Assembly: GCA_050287085.1 (NCBI GenBank)
Contig: JBNKBE010000033.1
Location: 1-47,529, forward strand
Source: Polyangiaceae bacterium
GTDB taxonomy: Bacteria > Myxococcota_A > Polyangia > Polyangiales > Polyangiaceae
Direction of reading: 5' to 3'
Length of the DNA stretch: 47,529 nt
Below are positions 46,806-47,529 of this stretch, one piece after another. The first letter of the stretch is position 1. Every line of letters begins with the position of its first letter. The notes under the pieces were generated by a model. It saw only the letters and a program-made list of their open reading frames with translations. It had not been told where the DNA came from and searched no databases. A program made the translations under genes and the position numbers.

Positions 46806-47529
46806 ATGGGCTGCCTGGGCGGTGGTTTCGGCTCCGGTGGTTCACGAAGGAGGCGTTGGGGAGCGGTCAGCCTCTGGCCCGGGAGCCTCTCATGCGTGCT
46901 GGCGTTGGGGTCGGTGGCGCTCCCGGCCGCTGCGGGCGGTCTCCTCGTCGTGAGGGTTGAATGCCCATCGGGGGTCGATTGCCTGAGCCGCGTTGAAGGC
47001 CAGACGGTGGACCTAGCGGACATCCAGCTGACAAGGGGAACGTCCCAAGGCCCCTGGGACGTGCAGGCGCGATTGCACTCCGACCCTTCCGGCGGCGCTT
47101 ACGCGGTGATCCGTTTCGCGGGCGATCGAGAGGCTTACAGCGAAGCGCTGGGCCCGCCCCTGGGCGCGGGCGGAGCGGACGACTCGGCAACGGTTGAAGC
47201 ATTTGCGCTGGCGGTGCGCATGGCCGTTCGCGCACTCCGGGCGCGACGTGCCTCAGCGCCGCCGGCGGTGGCTCCGAGCCCGATCACGCCGTCTACCCCG
47301 TCTGCGCTCGAGGTCGAGCGGAGGACATCCAGCGACGGACCGTGGCTCGGACTTGGCATCGGCGCCGAACTGGCGGCTCCCGGCTTTGGGTTTCCGAATC
47401 TGACCCTGGTGGGGGGATGGCGGGCGGCGTCCTTTGGTCGCCTTGGGCTCGAACTTGGGGGCGCGATGGCCGAGCTGAAGCTCTCGGGAGTGCGGGCCCC
47501 TCTGTGGCTTGGGCGTGCTCGGCTCGTTT
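46806..47529 (+). CDS. Exported protein, 3' truncated by the window; possibly a beta-barrel C-terminus (not in the supplied ORF track)
   Basis: Hand translation is open from ATG 46806 (or 46782) to the end: signal-like CVLALGSVALPAAA, C-x5-C, helix EAFALAVRMAVRAL, Pro linker, then beta-strand-like WLGLGIGAE and LGLELGG. Confidence 0.6.
   Translation, partial: MGCLGGGFGSGGSRRRRWGAVSLWPGSLSCVLALGSVALPAAAGGLLVVRVECPSGVDCLSRVEGQTVDLADIQLTRGTSQGPWDVQARLHSDPSGGAYAVIRFAGDREAYSEALGPPLGAGGADDSATVEAFALAVRMAVRALRARRASAPPAVAPSPITPSTPSALEVERRTSSDGPWLGLGIGAELAAPGFGFPNLTLVGGWRAASFGRLGLELGGAMAELKLSGVRAPLWLGRARLV

Overview
GC-rich bacterial DNA whose gene content points to a myxobacterium (Polyangiales/Sorangiineae-like; inferred): Gly/Ala-linker lipoproteins, Myxococcus Cys-rich (DUF4215-type) repeats, a PEGA protein, a DUF1552-like fragment and an ECF/TPR module. 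About 1-31 kb is a carbohydrate-foraging neighbourhood: lipoprotein esterase, galK, a YtfQ/YtfR/YtfT/YjfF-type ABC importer, an extended SDR, two tandem porin-like proteins (one with an in-frame G12 tract), a large Cys-rich/beta-propeller lipoprotein, a second sugar ABC operon with a lipoprotein GalM and a Gfo/Idh/MocA enzyme, a GH5 lipoprotein and two monoheme cytochrome c-like lipoproteins. Its core is bracketed by two convergent Cys-rich stalk lipoproteins that share a 218-aa C-terminal domain I do not recognise (about 80% identical by hand count). About 31-38 kb is a divergent DsbA-type cluster (pseudo-DsbA lipoprotein, unknown lipoprotein, 4-domain DsbA, stand-alone RibD-type deaminase). 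About 38-47.5 kb holds a Na+/solute symporter, a short-chain chlorite dismutase, a Pat-like GNAT, a probable internally deleted TonB-receptor remnant, a PEGA protein, an ATL protein and an ECF sigma/anti-sigma-TPR/lipoprotein/exported-protein operon that runs off the end. I saw no rRNA, tRNA, CRISPR array, transposase or integrase. All family calls come from recognising motifs by eye, not from database searches.
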